Origin: Macromonas sp.
Lineage (GTDB): Bacteria; Pseudomonadota; Gammaproteobacteria; Burkholderiales; Burkholderiaceae_C
Direction: 5' to 3'
DNA length: 38,565 bases
NCBI GenBank assembly: GCA_048860285.1
Contig: JBLIZX010000084.1
Coordinates: forward strand, 1-38,565
Shown in pieces: positions 1 through 13,122 of the stretch (positions are counted from its first letter, which is position 1; the number at the start of each line of letters is the position of its first letter). The notes below the pieces were generated by a model, which saw only the letters and a program-made list of their open reading frames with translations, was not told where the DNA came from and did no database searches. Made by a program: the position numbers and the translations under genes.

Positions 1-94
1 AGGTGAAATTGACATCGCGCAAAATGTCGAGCGTGCCTGTGGCATCGCGCACCGACTTGCACACCCGCTGCACCGCCAGAATGGCATGGGACAT
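1..94 (-). CDS. ybbA: ABC transporter ATP-binding protein, YbbA/LolD-like (5' fragment, runs off the window)
   Basis: Hand translation from ATG at 94 gives MSHAILAVQRVCKSVRDATGTLDILRDVNFT, a typical YbbA N-terminus. Divergent from tesA as in the known ybbA/tesA arrangement. Not in the ORF track. Confidence 0.8.
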   Translation of the reverse strand, partial: MSHAILAVQRVCKSVRDATGTLDILRDVNFT

Positions 95-108
95 AAAAGG
101 AGAGGATT

Positions 109-786
109 TTGAAGTTGAACCGACGACACTGTACCGCGCTCATCGCTGGCTTGTGGCTGCTGGGGTCTTGTGGCACACCGCTGGCGCAAACGCAAACCCG
201 CGTGGCCGACACCAACGCGCCCACCCTGCTGGTGCTGGGCGATTCGCTCAGTGCCGAATACGGCTTGCGGCGTGGCAGTGGCTGGGTGGCGTTGCTGGAA
301 CATAAGCTGGCGACGGAAAAGTCACCCGTGCAAGTGGTCAACGCCAGCGTCAGCGGCGACACCACCTCGGGGGGTCGCTCACGGCTACCGGGTCTGCTGC
401 AACAACACCGCCCCACCGTGGTGGTGATCGAACTGGGCAGCAACGATGCCTTGCGTGGCCTGTCGCTGGACTTGACCCGCAACAACCTGAGCGCGATGGC
501 ACAACAAGCCCGCGCCAGCGGGGCCAAAGTGCTGCTGTTGGGCATGCAGATGCCACCCAACTACGGCGCGCGCTACGGCAAAGATTTTGCGCAACTGTTC
601 GCGGATGTGGCCAAAGCTGAACACACCGCGCTGGTGCCGTTTTTCCTCAAGGGCGTGGCCGATGGCCCCGTGCTGCTGGCTTTGTTCCAGTCGGACCGTA
701 TCCACCCCAACGAAAAAGCGCAGCCGATCATGCTGGACAATGTGTGGCCCGCGCTGCGACCGCTGCTGCCCCGCTCAGGCCGCTGA
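109..786 (+). CDS. tesA: Arylesterase / acyl-CoA thioesterase I (SGNH/GDSL hydrolase)
   Basis: GDSLS block I, NASVSGDTT block II, ELGSND block III, DRIHP block V. N-terminal signal peptide; AGGAGAGG SD before the TTG start. Confidence 0.93.
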   Translation: MKLNRRHCTALIAGLWLLGSCGTPLAQTQTRVADTNAPTLLVLGDSLSAEYGLRRGSGWVALLEHKLATEKSPVQVVNASVSGDTTSGGRSRLPGLLQQHRPTVVVIELGSNDALRGLSLDLTRNNLSAMAQQARASGAKVLLLGMQMPPNYGARYGKDFAQLFADVAKAEHTALVPFFLKGVADGPVLLALFQSDRIHPNEKAQPIMLDNVWPALRPLLPRSGR

Positions 787-1989
787 AAGCACCGCCAATG
801 CCTGCTTCAGATCGGCTTGCAAATCGGTCACCGCTTCCAACCCCACCGCAAAACGCACGGGGCCGTGGGCGTGGGGCCAGTCGCGGCCACGCATGTCGGC
901 ACGGTCGTAGGGCATGCACAGGCTCATCGGGCCCGCCCAGCTGTAACCCAGACGGAACAGGCGCAAACTGTCGCAGAAAGCGTCAATGCGTTCAGCCGGA
1001 ATGGCATCGTCAAACACCACGGTGAACAGGCAAGCCGCTCCTTGAGCATCGCGCAGCCAAGTGGCGTGACCGGGTGTACCGGAAAGTGCCGGGTGCAGCA
1101 CGCACGCCACACCGGGCTGTGCCTGCATCCACTGCGCCAGTTGGCGCGTACTGGCATCTTGGGCACGGTAACGCAATTGCAACGACGGCAAGCCACGCAA
1201 CACCAGTTCCGCATCGTTGCCCGACACGCCCAAGCCCAGCCGCATGTGGGTCATCAACAGCGCGTGGTGCAAACGTTCGTCGCGCGTGACCACCGAACCC
1301 ATCAACACGTCGGCACCGCCGCTGGGGTATTTGGTCAAGGCCTGCATCACCACATCGGCACCCAGGTCAAAACCGCAGAAGGCCACCCCGGCCCCCCAAG
1401 TGTTGTCCAACACCGTTACCGTGGGGCGGCGCTGGGCTTCGGTAGAGGCACAACGGGCGTTGTGGGCTTGCACCTGCGCCACCAGCGCGGGTACATCGGG
1501 GAATTCTAGGGTGATGGAGCCAGCCGCCTCCAACCACACCAACCGGGTCTGCGGTGTGAGTTGCGTGGCCAGATCGTCCGGGCGCATCGGATCGTACGTC
1601 CGGTGGCGTATGCCCCAATGCGCCAGTTCCACCGCCGCAAAAGCCAAGTTGGGGCCGTAGGCGTTGTACGGGATCAACACCTCATCACCCGCACGCAAAA
1701 AGGCCATATCAACCAGCGCAACCGCAGCCAACCCGCTGGGGGCCAGCACGCAATGGTGCCCACCCTCCAGCGTGGCAATGCGCTCTTCCAGCGTAAAGGT
1801 GGTGGGCGTGCCGTGCAAGCCGTAGGTATAGGCCGATTTGTCTTGCCAGCGGCGCTGGCGCACCGCCGCCACGTTCGGGAACAACACCGTGGAGGCCTTG
1901 AACACCCCCACCGGCACCGCGTCAAACTCTGCCGGGGCGCGGTACGGGTGATGCACCAACTGGGTCGGCAGGGCGGTTTCGGTCGTCAC
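775..1989 (-). CDS. metC: Cystathionine beta-lyase (PLP-dependent Cys/Met metabolism family)
   Basis: YGLHGTPT, DNTW, ALTKYPSGGADV (PLP lysine), LGYSWAG and VRFAVGLE motifs. AAGGAG SD before GTG. Confidence 0.88.
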   Translation of the reverse strand: MTTETALPTQLVHHPYRAPAEFDAVPVGVFKASTVLFPNVAAVRQRRWQDKSAYTYGLHGTPTTFTLEERIATLEGGHHCVLAPSGLAAVALVDMAFLRAGDEVLIPYNAYGPNLAFAAVELAHWGIRHRTYDPMRPDDLATQLTPQTRLVWLEAAGSITLEFPDVPALVAQVQAHNARCASTEAQRRPTVTVLDNTWGAGVAFCGFDLGADVVMQALTKYPSGGADVLMGSVVTRDERLHHALLMTHMRLGLGVSGNDAELVLRGLPSLQLRYRAQDASTRQLAQWMQAQPGVACVLHPALSGTPGHATWLRDAQGAACLFTVVFDDAIPAERIDAFCDSLRLFRLGYSWAGPMSLCMPYDRADMRGRDWPHAHGPVRFAVGLEAVTDLQADLKQALAVLSAA

Positions 1990-2027
1990 ACGCGGCTCCT
2001 TTCAGTGGCTGGCCCCGGCAACGCGCT

Positions 2028-4617
<2,590 letters not shown>

Positions 4618-4645
4618 GTATATAAGTGGGGGGCTGTTAAAAACG

Positions 4646-4657
4646 TGATTTTACCGG
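4646..4657 (-). promoter_or_regulatory. Putative sigma70 -10 element (TAAAAT) for hisZ-purA
   Basis: Minus strand reads ccggTAAAATcacg about 30 nt upstream of the hisZ ATG in an AT-rich spacer. No clear -35. Confidence 0.45.
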
Positions 4658-4672
4658 GTGTGGACGGCGCAC

Positions 4673-5563
4673 TCAGCGCGCGCCCGCGCCGTTACCGCGC
4701 ATGGCTTTGAAGAATTCCGACGACGGGTCCATCACGACCACATCGCCCTTGCTGGCAAAGCTGCTGCGGTAAGCCTCCAAACTGCGGTAAAACTGCGCAA
4801 ACGCCGGGTCACGCCCAAACGATTCGGCGTACAGGCGCGCAGCGGTGGCATCGCCCTCGCCTTTGATCTTCTGGGCTTCGCGGAACGCCTCGGCCACAAT
4901 CACCTCGCGTTGGCGGTCGGCATCGGCGCGGATTTTTTCGCCTTCGGCCAAGCCGGTGGAGCGCAGTTCGTTGGCCACGCGTTTGCGCTCAGCCTCCATG
5001 CGGTCGTACACCGATTTGGTGATGGTTTCTGCGTAGTCGATGCGTGTGATACGCACATCCACCACGTCAATGCCCCAAGGCTTCTCAGCACCGCGCACCG
5101 CCGCCAGCACGCCACGCTTGACATCGGCCATCAACTCTTCGCGTTGTGCCGACAACAATTCTTTGACGGTGCGCTTGTTCACTTCCTGCTGGAACGAGTT
5201 GCGCACCACCCGGTTGAGCTGCACGGCCCCGGCACGCTCGTCCATACCCACATTGCGGATGTAGGCCGATGGCTCGGCAATGCGCCAGCGCACGTACCAG
5301 TCGATCACCACACGTTGCTTCTCTGCGGTCAATGTAGGTTCGGTGTCGGTGCTGTCCAGCGTCAGCAAACGCTTGTCGATGTACGACACGTTTTGCAACG
5401 GCGGAGGCAGCTTGAAATGCAACCCTGGCTCGGTAATCACATCCTTGATTTGCCCCAGTGCGTACACCACACCGTATTGGCGCTGATCCACCACAAACAA
5501 GGTGGAACTGCTCAAGCCCAGCAGCACCAGCAACGAAGAAACCCAAAAACCAATTTTGTTCAT
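4673..5563 (-). CDS. hflC: FtsH protease modulator HflC (SPFH)
   Basis: N-terminal TM segment, EPGLHFKLP, RMEAERKRVANELRSTG, FAQFYRSLEAY. Follows hflK. Confidence 0.96.
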   Translation of the reverse strand: MNKIGFWVSSLLVLLGLSSSTLFVVDQRQYGVVYALGQIKDVITEPGLHFKLPPPLQNVSYIDKRLLTLDSTDTEPTLTAEKQRVVIDWYVRWRIAEPSAYIRNVGMDERAGAVQLNRVVRNSFQQEVNKRTVKELLSAQREELMADVKRGVLAAVRGAEKPWGIDVVDVRITRIDYAETITKSVYDRMEAERKRVANELRSTGLAEGEKIRADADRQREVIVAEAFREAQKIKGEGDATAARLYAESFGRDPAFAQFYRSLEAYRSSFASKGDVVVMDPSSEFFKAMRGNGAGAR

Positions 5564-5586
5564 ATCGATGTTGTCCTGGCTACAAC

Positions 5587-6978
5587 TCAGCGGGTATCGC
5601 GCTCACGGCCACGCGCAGCATCGCGCGAGCGGGGATCGCTGGCGGGCGGGGCCGCACCATTGTTGGCCGGTGCGGCATTGGTGGCGGGCGGTGTGGCAGC
5701 GGCGGGGGCAACCGCCCCCGCAGTGGCCGTTTGCTGCATGATTTTGTCCAACGGCAAGTACAGCAGATTGGAATTTTGTTTGCTGTCCACCAACACTTTG
5801 GTCACGTTGCTGTACACGTGTTGCATGGTTTCCAAGTACAACCGATCGCGCGTGACTTGGGGTGCCTTGGCGTGTTCGGCCTGAATCAAGCGAAAGCGTT
5901 CGGCATCGCCCTCGGCCTGCGCCGTGATGCGCGCCTTGTAGCCTTCGGCTTCTTCCATCAGGCGCGACGCGGTACCTTTGGCACGCGGCACCACCTCGTT
6001 GGCGTAGGCTTCGGCCTCGTTCTTGGCCCGCTCGCGCTCTTGGCCCGCTTTCAACACGTCGTCAAATGCGGCCTGCACCTGTTCCGGTGGCCGTACCCCA
6101 CCTTGTTGCAGGTTGATCCCCACCACCTCAATGCCCACTTGGTAGCGGTCTAGGATGGTTTGCATCAGCGCGCGCACACGCGGGCCAATCTGGTCGCGCT
6201 CTTCGGCCAAAGCCGCGTCCATCTTCATCTTGCCCACCACCTCACGCACCGCCGTTTCGGCGGCTTTGAGCACCGAAGCGTCCGGGTCACGGCTGCTGAA
6301 CAAATAGGCGCGTGCGTCGTTCAAGCGGTATTGCACCGCAAATTTGATCTCGACAATGTTCTCGTCTTCGGTCAACATGGCCGACTCGCGCAAGCCTGTG
6401 GCGGTGACGATGCTGTCGCGCCCCACATCCACCGAGCGGATTTGCGTCACAAACACCGACTCGTGGCGCTGCACAGGGTACGGCATCCGCCAGTTGAAAC
6501 CGGCCCCCACCGTGCTGTGGTACTTGCCAAACTGTGTGATCACGGCCTGCTGACCTTCTTGCACGATAAAAAAGCCCGAACCCAGCCACACCAGCGCGGC
6601 GGCACCAGCAATTAGGCCCACGCCAATGCCCGTGCTCTTGGGACTGGGCTTAAAGCCACCACCGCCCGATGGGCCATTGCCCGACCCGCGTGGCGCACCC
6701 GGTCGGCCACCACCGCCGTTGCTGCCACCAAACAAGTCGCCCAACTTGCGGTTGAAGTCGCGCCACAACTCATCCAAGTCCGGTGGCCCATCACCTGAAG
6801 ACGACGGGCGAGGCCGCTGTGGCGGTTCGGTGGGGCGCGGCTCATCGGCGCGAGGGGGACGTTCAGCGTTGGGGCGGGAACCTTCGTCGTCTCGGCCCCA
6901 GCGCGGGTCGTTGAGGTTGAACATGCCCCGCAATCGACTCCAGGACAACGGGCGCAGTTGAAACGAATGCAGGTTCAT
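5587..6978 (-). CDS. hflK: FtsH protease modulator HflK (alternative start ATG 6924)
   Basis: GPPDLDELWRDFN, MLTEDENIV, PPEQVQAAFDDV, LLYLPLDK. Confidence 0.96.
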   Translation of the reverse strand: MNLHSFQLRPLSWSRLRGMFNLNDPRWGRDDEGSRPNAERPPRADEPRPTEPPQRPRPSSSGDGPPDLDELWRDFNRKLGDLFGGSNGGGGRPGAPRGSGNGPSGGGGFKPSPKSTGIGVGLIAGAAALVWLGSGFFIVQEGQQAVITQFGKYHSTVGAGFNWRMPYPVQRHESVFVTQIRSVDVGRDSIVTATGLRESAMLTEDENIVEIKFAVQYRLNDARAYLFSSRDPDASVLKAAETAVREVVGKMKMDAALAEERDQIGPRVRALMQTILDRYQVGIEVVGINLQQGGVRPPEQVQAAFDDVLKAGQERERAKNEAEAYANEVVPRAKGTASRLMEEAEGYKARITAQAEGDAERFRLIQAEHAKAPQVTRDRLYLETMQHVYSNVTKVLVDSKQNSNLLYLPLDKIMQQTATAGAVAPAAATPPATNAAPANNGAAPPASDPRSRDAARGRERDTR

Positions 6979-7020
6979 GGGTCAAGGCACAAGAAAAATA
7001 AATGGAACGGTCAAAAACGG

Positions 7021-8208
7021 TCAGGGCGTGGAGTTGGGCGGCTCAAGCGACGGCACCGCTTGCGCTGGCAAGGGCTGCAAACGCTGTGCGAGCAAGCTGC
7101 GCAAAGCGTCCAAGTTCAACCCCGTGCGGGCACTCAAAAACACCCGAGGCACGGCCACACCATCCAGCTCCATGATGTCGGTGACGTGCAGCGGTTGGTG
7201 CTCAGGGGCCACCGCATCCAGCTTGTTGAACACCACAATTTGCGGCACATCATCGGCCCCAATTTCGCGCAACACGCGCTGCACTTCCTGAATTTGCTCG
7301 GGGTGGCCGGGGTTGGCGGCATCGACCACATGCAACAACAAGTCCGCATCGCGCGCTTCTTGCAGCGTGGCGGCAAAGGCATCGACCAAGGTATGCGGCA
7401 AGTCGCGGATGAAACCCACCGTATCGGAGAGCGACACGCTGCGTCCGACCTCGCCCAAATACATCTGGCGTGTGGTGGTGTCCAAGGTGGCAAACAGTTG
7501 ATCGGCGGCGTAGCTGCGGGCCTTGACCAGCGCGTTGAACAACGAGGACTTGCCCGCGTTGGTGTAGCCTACCAACGACACGGTAAACGCGTCGCGCCGC
7601 TCGCGCTGGCGGCGTTGCGTGGCACGCTGGCGTTTGACTTTTTCCAGCCGTTCTTTGGTGCGCTTGATGGCATCGCCAATCATGCGGCGATCCAACTCAA
7701 TCTGGGTTTCGCCGGGGCCACCGCGCATGCCAATGCCACCGCTTTGGCGCTCCAAGTGCGACCAACGCCGCACCAAGCGGGTGGAAAGGTATTGCAGCCG
7801 CGCCAGTTCCACTTGCAGTTTGCCTTCGTGGCTGCGGGCGCGCTGGGCAAAAATCTCAAGAATCAGCAGGATGCGGTCGTTGACCGGCATGCCCATGTGG
7901 CGCTCCAAATTGCGCTGCTGGGCTGGGCTGAGGGCTTGGTCAAACAAAATTTCGACTGCGCCGTGACCGTGGGCCAACGCTTGGATTTCATCGGCTTTGC
8001 CAGAACCCACAAACAACGCCGGATCGGGCGCACGGCGCTTGCACGTGATACGGTCCAGCACACGGTAGCCTGCGGTGGTGGCCAGTTGTGCCAACTCATC
8101 GAGTTCGGCATCAAAATGGGGCAGCCCCAAATCCACCCCCACCAGCACCACACCGGGTAACTGGGAGGAAGACTGCACGGAAGAAGAAGAGAAAGTAGAA
8201 GTGCTCAA
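7021..8208 (-). CDS. hflX: Ribosome-splitting GTPase HflX (start uncertain: TTG 8208 preferred, ORF extends to 8238)
   Basis: GPGETQIELDRR, GYTNAGKS (G1), LFATLDTT, DTVGFI (G3), NKLD (G4). Sits in hfq-hflX-hflK-hflC. Confidence 0.95.
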   Translation of the reverse strand: MSTSTFSSSSVQSSSQLPGVVLVGVDLGLPHFDAELDELAQLATTAGYRVLDRITCKRRAPDPALFVGSGKADEIQALAHGHGAVEILFDQALSPAQQRNLERHMGMPVNDRILLILEIFAQRARSHEGKLQVELARLQYLSTRLVRRWSHLERQSGGIGMRGGPGETQIELDRRMIGDAIKRTKERLEKVKRQRATQRRQRERRDAFTVSLVGYTNAGKSSLFNALVKARSYAADQLFATLDTTTRQMYLGEVGRSVSLSDTVGFIRDLPHTLVDAFAATLQEARDADLLLHVVDAANPGHPEQIQEVQRVLREIGADDVPQIVVFNKLDAVAPEHQPLHVTDIMELDGVAVPRVFLSARTGLNLDALRSLLAQRLQPLPAQAVPSLEPPNSTP

Positions 8209-8265
8209 TGTCAAGGGGCGGGGCCCGGCGCGGTACAAGTACCACGGTCGGCCCCACCAAAAACG

Positions 8266-8511
8266 TCACTCAGCTTCGGGGGCCGAAGCGTTGCTGAACT
8301 GCACCGGACGACCCGGCACGATGGTGGAAATGGCGTGCTTGTACACCATTTGGGTCACAGTGTTGCGCAGCAGCACCACGTACTGGTCGAACGATTCGAT
8401 CTGGCCTTGCAGCTTGATCCCATTCACCAGGTAAATGGACACCGGCACGTGTTCGCGACGGAGTTGGTTCAGGAAAGGGTCTTGCAAAAGTTGGCCTTTG
8501 TTGTTGCTCAC
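8266..8511 (-). CDS. hfq: RNA chaperone Hfq (GTG start at 8511)
   Basis: [49 protein letters not shown] upstream of GTG 8511. Confidence 0.97.
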   Translation of the reverse strand: MSNNKGQLLQDPFLNQLRREHVPVSIYLVNGIKLQGQIESFDQYVVLLRNTVTQMVYKHAISTIVPGRPVQFSNASAPEAE

Positions 8512-8594
8512 GATATGCTCCGTGTTCAGAGGAAGTTGAGGGAGGTTGACCATACCACAGCACGCCCACGGCGGACGTGGCTGTGGCAACAAAC

Positions 8595-9929
8595 CTATTG
8601 GTCGTAAGGGTTGTGCGAAGTTTTGAATTCAATGCGCAAGGGTGTGCCCACCAGATCGAACGCTTTGCGGAAACGTCCTTCCAAAAAGCGTTTGTAAGCA
8701 TCGCCCACGTGCTCGAGCGAGTTGCCGTGGATCACAATCACAGGCGGATTCATGCCCCCTTGGTGGGCATAGCGCATTTTGGGGCGGAACATACCGCTGC
8801 GTTTGGGGGCTTGCAGATCCACCGACTCTTGCAACAAGCGGGTGAGCACCGGCGTAGGCATTTTGCAAGTGGCCGAAGCGTAAGCTTTGCCAATCGACTT
8901 CCACAGCGGGGCAATGCCTTGGCGCTTTTTGGCCGAAATTGGGTGCAACGGCGCAAACTTCAAAAAGCCCAACCGGCTTTCAATCGAACGCTCCAGCGTT
9001 TCGCGCTGGTAACTGTCGATGGCATCCCATTTGTTGATGGCCAGCACCACGGCACGGCCACTTTCCAAAATGAAACCTGCAATGTGCGCATCTTGGTCGG
9101 TCACGCCTTCGGTCGCATCGATCAGCAACAACACCACGTGCGCATTTTCAATCGCTTGCAGCGTCTTGACGACCGAGAATTTCTCGATAGCCTCGAACAC
9201 GCGGCCTTTGCGGCGCAACCCAGCGGTGTCGATCAACTCAAACTTCTGGCCGTCGCGCTCGAATGGCACCGAAATGGCATCGCGTGTGGTGCCAGGCATG
9301 TCGAACGCCACCAAGCGTTCCTCGCCCAACCAAGCGTTGATGAGGGTGGATTTTCCCACGTTGGGCCGTCCGGCCACCGCCAACCGGATCGGTTTATCGG
9401 CCTCCGGGGTATCGTTTGTGGCACTGTCGTCGGGCCACACCAGTTGGTCCAACGCGGTCTCAATCATGGAACGGATGCCCTGCCCATGCGCCGCCGACAC
9501 CGGCAACACCTCGCCCAGCCCCAGCTCGTAAAATTCCACCAACTGGCCACCCGCCTTGAGGCCTTCGGCCTTGTTGGCCACCAACAGGCAAGGTTTGTTG
9601 AGCTTGCGCAGGTAGTTGGCAATGTCGTGGTCTTGTGCGCTCAAACCATCACGGGCATCGAGCACAAAAATCACCACATCGGATTCGGCCACCGCTTGTT
9701 GGGTTTGCTTGGCCATTTCGCGGTAGATGCCGCTGCTGGCATCGGGCTCAAAACCGCCGGTATCAATGACGATGAATTCGCGTTTGCCCAAACGGGCGTT
9801 GCCGTAGTGGCGGTCGCGCGTGAGGCCAGCAAAATCGGCCACAATCGCGTCGCGCGTGTGCGTGAGACGGTTGTAGAGGGTAGATTTGCCCACATTGGGC
9901 CGCCCGACAAGGGCTATTACAGGTTTCAT
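8595..9929 (-). CDS. der: Ribosome biogenesis double GTPase Der/EngA
   Basis: Two GRPNVGKS P-loops, DTGG/DTAG, NKAE/NKWD, C-terminal KH-like domain (GTPLRIEF). Confidence 0.98.
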   Translation of the reverse strand: MKPVIALVGRPNVGKSTLYNRLTHTRDAIVADFAGLTRDRHYGNARLGKREFIVIDTGGFEPDASSGIYREMAKQTQQAVAESDVVIFVLDARDGLSAQDHDIANYLRKLNKPCLLVANKAEGLKAGGQLVEFYELGLGEVLPVSAAHGQGIRSMIETALDQLVWPDDSATNDTPEADKPIRLAVAGRPNVGKSTLINAWLGEERLVAFDMPGTTRDAISVPFERDGQKFELIDTAGLRRKGRVFEAIEKFSVVKTLQAIENAHVVLLLIDATEGVTDQDAHIAGFILESGRAVVLAINKWDAIDSYQRETLERSIESRLGFLKFAPLHPISAKKRQGIAPLWKSIGKAYASATCKMPTPVLTRLLQESVDLQAPKRSGMFRPKMRYAHQGGMNPPVIVIHGNSLEHVGDAYKRFLEGRFRKAFDLVGTPLRIEFKTSHNPYDQ

Positions 9930-11050
9930 TCAGGGCGCCAGGCGTACACGCCGCCATTGCGGGTCACCGCCACCAGTGTGTTGTCCACCAGCAAGGGCGC
10001 GGACACCAACGGTGACCCATCGGTTGATAATCGGTTCAAAAGGGTGCCATCCTCGCGCGAGAGGAAGTGCAAGTGCCCGGTGGCATCGCCCCACACAATC
10101 GAGCGGCCAGCCGCCAGTGGCGCGGTCAAGCCACGGTGCAACAGCAAGTCGCTGGCCCAAGCGACCTCGCCGCTTTGGCGTTGCCACGCTTGCACACGGC
10201 CATTGCTTTCGGCACCGTACACGTGGTTGTCGTCGGCATCGACCCCAACGGCACCGTTGGCGGATTTGGTCCATTGCAGGTTGCCACGTGCCGCATCCAC
10301 ACAGCCCAAAGCCGACTGGAAGGCACGCACACAGACTTGGTCGTCGTTGCGGCCCACATGGGCCACCAGATCGACCAAGCGTTCAATTTCGTTCACGCCC
10401 CGTGGACTGGCCACGGGCACTTCCCAACGTGGGCTGCCGGTGTTGGGGTTGAAACCCACCAAACGGCCGCCAATGCCAGCGACCAAGGTGTCCCCCACCG
10501 CTGTCAACACCCCCGCTTGCTGCAACACCAGTTGGTCGGTGTTGCGGGCGGGTTGGTGCCACAGTTGAGCGCCAGTGTCGGCATCGAACGCGGTCAGGCT
10601 GCGCTCACCGCTGAGCACGAACACGCGTTTGCCCGCCACCAGTGGTGGAGTAAACGTGCGGGCGTTGAGCCGGGCACGCCAGCGTTCACGGCCTTCCACC
10701 AGCACCACCAAATCGTTGTGGCGCGTCACAACCGCCACCGATGCGCCATCGGTGCCCACGCCCGCGGACAAGGGTTGCCCCAGCTCGTGCCGCCAAACAC
10801 TGCGCCCGGTTTCACCATCGAGCGCGCTGACGCTGCCTTCGGCACTGGCGACGTACAACTGGCCTCCATGCGCCACTGGCAACAACAAAGCGTGGGTGGG
10901 CGGCACCTGCACTTTCCACACTTGGGTGGCAGGCACTTGTTGGGTAAACGGCACCAGAGGCGCAGGCTGCAACGTTTTGGGCGAAGACGAACACGCGGCC
11001 AACACCGCCGCCAGCAACACCGCACCGGTAAGACGGATCGGATTCATCAC
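9926..11050 (-). CDS. bamB: Outer membrane protein assembly factor BamB (lipoprotein)
   Basis: LAAC lipobox, PQQ-like beta-propeller repeats, EIERLVD motif, position between yfgM and der. Confidence 0.93.
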   Translation of the reverse strand: MMNPIRLTGAVLLAAVLAACSSSPKTLQPAPLVPFTQQVPATQVWKVQVPPTHALLLPVAHGGQLYVASAEGSVSALDGETGRSVWRHELGQPLSAGVGTDGASVAVVTRHNDLVVLVEGRERWRARLNARTFTPPLVAGKRVFVLSGERSLTAFDADTGAQLWHQPARNTDQLVLQQAGVLTAVGDTLVAGIGGRLVGFNPNTGSPRWEVPVASPRGVNEIERLVDLVAHVGRNDDQVCVRAFQSALGCVDAARGNLQWTKSANGAVGVDADDNHVYGAESNGRVQAWQRQSGEVAWASDLLLHRGLTAPLAAGRSIVWGDATGHLHFLSREDGTLLNRLSTDGSPLVSAPLLVDNTLVAVTRNGGVYAWRPE

Positions 11051-11724
11051 GGTTGGATCTCGGTTGTGGACGCAGGTTCCGCAGCGGGGTTGATGCCCAG
11101 CGCATTCAATTTGGCCTCCACCAAACGGCGGTAATCGGGTTGTTGGGCCAAGGCGGTGTAAGCGTTTTGGTAAGCCGCCCGGGCACCAGCATGGTCACCC
11201 TGGGCCAACAACGCATCGCCACGCCGGTCGGCGACCAAACCTTTGAAAGAAGCAGGCCATTCGGCTTCCAGCCACTTCAACGCTTGTTCGGGCGCTTTTG
11301 CGTCCAGCTCCAAACCTGCCAACCGCAAACGGGCCACCGCGACCGTGGCGGGATCGGCAGCGCGCTCCACCACAAAACGCAAAGCCGCCCGGGCTTCGTC
11401 GGGCTTGCCCGCTGCGTACAGAGCTTTGGCGGCCAACAGGCCGCCTTGAGCGGCTTGTGCGCTGCGGGCAGCACTGTCTTGCAAATCCGCCCAGACGCGT
11501 TGCACCCGCTCAGGTTGCTGTGCCTGCACCGCACGGTCGAGCTCGTCGTACAACGCAGCGGCGGCCACGGCGGTTTTGCGCTGCCAATATTGCCAGCCAT
11601 TCCAAGCCGCAAAACCACCCAACACCAAGATCAACAACCACGTGATGGCGTTGCCGTATTTGGCCCAGAGGTGTTTGAGCTGGTCGAGCTGCTCCTGCTC
11701 TTCAAGATCGAGGTGTTGGGCCAT
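11047..11724 (-). CDS. yfgM: YfgM family ancillary SecYEG translocon subunit (TPR_21)
   Basis: DLEEQEQLDQLKHLWAKYGN, single TM segment, DRRGDALLAQG, hisS-yfgM-bamB synteny. Confidence 0.9.
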   Translation of the reverse strand: MAQHLDLEEQEQLDQLKHLWAKYGNAITWLLILVLGGFAAWNGWQYWQRKTAVAAAALYDELDRAVQAQQPERVQRVWADLQDSAARSAQAAQGGLLAAKALYAAGKPDEARAALRFVVERAADPATVAVARLRLAGLELDAKAPEQALKWLEAEWPASFKGLVADRRGDALLAQGDHAGARAAYQNAYTALAQQPDYRRLVEAKLNALGINPAAEPASTTEIQP

Positions 11725-11787
11725 GCGGCGCGTGAGGTCGGTACGTTGTCAAGAAAATGTGGCCAGATTGTAGGCGGCTCGCCGCGT

Positions 11788-13083
11788 TCAACCCGGCAGC
11801 AGCATGGTAGCCCAAGTGGGGACGCTGTCCAGCGGTTGCAAGGTCTGCGCCTGCAAAGTCACGCCATCGGCACGCAAGGGCTTGACTGCCACCTGACCGG
11901 CGGCCACCTCGCTGTCGCCAAAAATAAGTGCGTAACGGGCACCGCTGGCATCGGCCTTCTTGAACTGTGATTTCATGCTGCCATAGCCTTCCGCGCCCGC
12001 CGCGTGCATCTGCACCTGCACCCCAGCCTGACGCAAGGCGCGCAGCGTTTGCAACACTTGCGGCAAAGCATCGGCTTGCGGGATGATGGCGTATGCATCG
12101 GGCACTGGTGCAGCGGGCAACAGGTTTTGTGCTTTGAGCAGCTCCAGAATACGCTCCACCCCCAACGCCCAACCCACCGCCGGGGCGGCCTTGCCACCAA
12201 TTTGGGCGATGAGGCCATCGTAGCGGCCACCGGCACACACCGTACCTTGCGCACCCAACGAGGTGGTAACGAACTCAAACACGCTCAGGTTGTAGTAGTC
12301 CATGCCACGCACCAGACGCGGGTTGACCCGGTACGCAATCCCTTGCGCGTCCAGCAAAGCCCGCAAGCGGTTGAAATGCGCCAACGACTCCTCGCCCAAG
12401 TAGTCCATCAACTTGGGCGCGGCCTCGACCAGTGCCTGCATGGCGGGGTTTTTGGTGTCCAGAATGCGCAGCGGGTTGCTGTACAGGCGACGTTTGGCAT
12501 CTTCGTCCAACTGATCCTGGTGCTGTTCCAAGTAGGCAATCAGTGCCTGACGGTGCTGGTTGCGCTCGGCGATTTGGCCCAGACTGTTGATTTCCAGCGT
12601 CACATCGGTCAAACCCAGTTCGGCCCACAAGTCACACGCCATGGCAATTTGTTCAGCGTCTACGTCAGGCCCGGCAAAGCCCAAGGCCTCCACACCGATT
12701 TGGTGGAACTGGCGGTAGCGCCCCCGCTGCGGACGCTCGTGGCGGAACATCGGCCCAAAGTAGTACAAACGCTTGGGGCCGTCGTACAGCATGTTGTGTT
12801 CCACCACCGCACGCACCACGCCAGCGGTGGCTTCGGGGCGCAGCGTGAGCTGCTCGCCGTTGAGGCGGTCTTCAAAGGAGTACATCTCCTTTTCCACAAT
12901 GTCCGTCACCTCACCCAGACCACGCACAAACAAGCCGGTGGGCTCCACGATGGGGGTGCGGATGTTGCGGTAGGCATAGCGGGCCATCAAGGCGCGCACC
13001 TTGGCTTCCAGCCATTCCCAATGCGCCGATTCGGGCGCTGCAATGTCGTTCATGCCTTTGACGGCGCTGAGTTTTTCTGCCAT
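11788..13083 (-). CDS. hisS: Histidine--tRNA ligase
   Basis: [44 protein letters not shown]. Confidence 0.98.
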   Translation of the reverse strand: MAEKLSAVKGMNDIAAPESAHWEWLEAKVRALMARYAYRNIRTPIVEPTGLFVRGLGEVTDIVEKEMYSFEDRLNGEQLTLRPEATAGVVRAVVEHNMLYDGPKRLYYFGPMFRHERPQRGRYRQFHQIGVEALGFAGPDVDAEQIAMACDLWAELGLTDVTLEINSLGQIAERNQHRQALIAYLEQHQDQLDEDAKRRLYSNPLRILDTKNPAMQALVEAAPKLMDYLGEESLAHFNRLRALLDAQGIAYRVNPRLVRGMDYYNLSVFEFVTTSLGAQGTVCAGGRYDGLIAQIGGKAAPAVGWALGVERILELLKAQNLLPAAPVPDAYAIIPQADALPQVLQTLRALRQAGVQVQMHAAGAEGYGSMKSQFKKADASGARYALIFGDSEVAAGQVAVKPLRADGVTLQAQTLQPLDSVPTWATMLLPG

Positions 13084-13122
13084 AGCGTTGTTCTTGTTGG
13101 TGTCAGAGAAGTACCTGACCGC

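Noticed and set aside
8165-8201. GAA-rich tract resembling an Hfq (ARN)n site just downstream of hfq
   Set aside because: The purine-rich strand is antisense to the mRNA. On the coding strand it is a Ser-rich HflX N-terminus.
8512-8592. Extended N-termini from the ORF track (hfq 8592, bamD 20653, DUF3297 22237, lpdA 27190, pobR 36893, pobA 36833)
   Set aside because: Downstream starts match known family N-termini and mostly have SD sequences. The extensions overlap other genes, operators or promoters.
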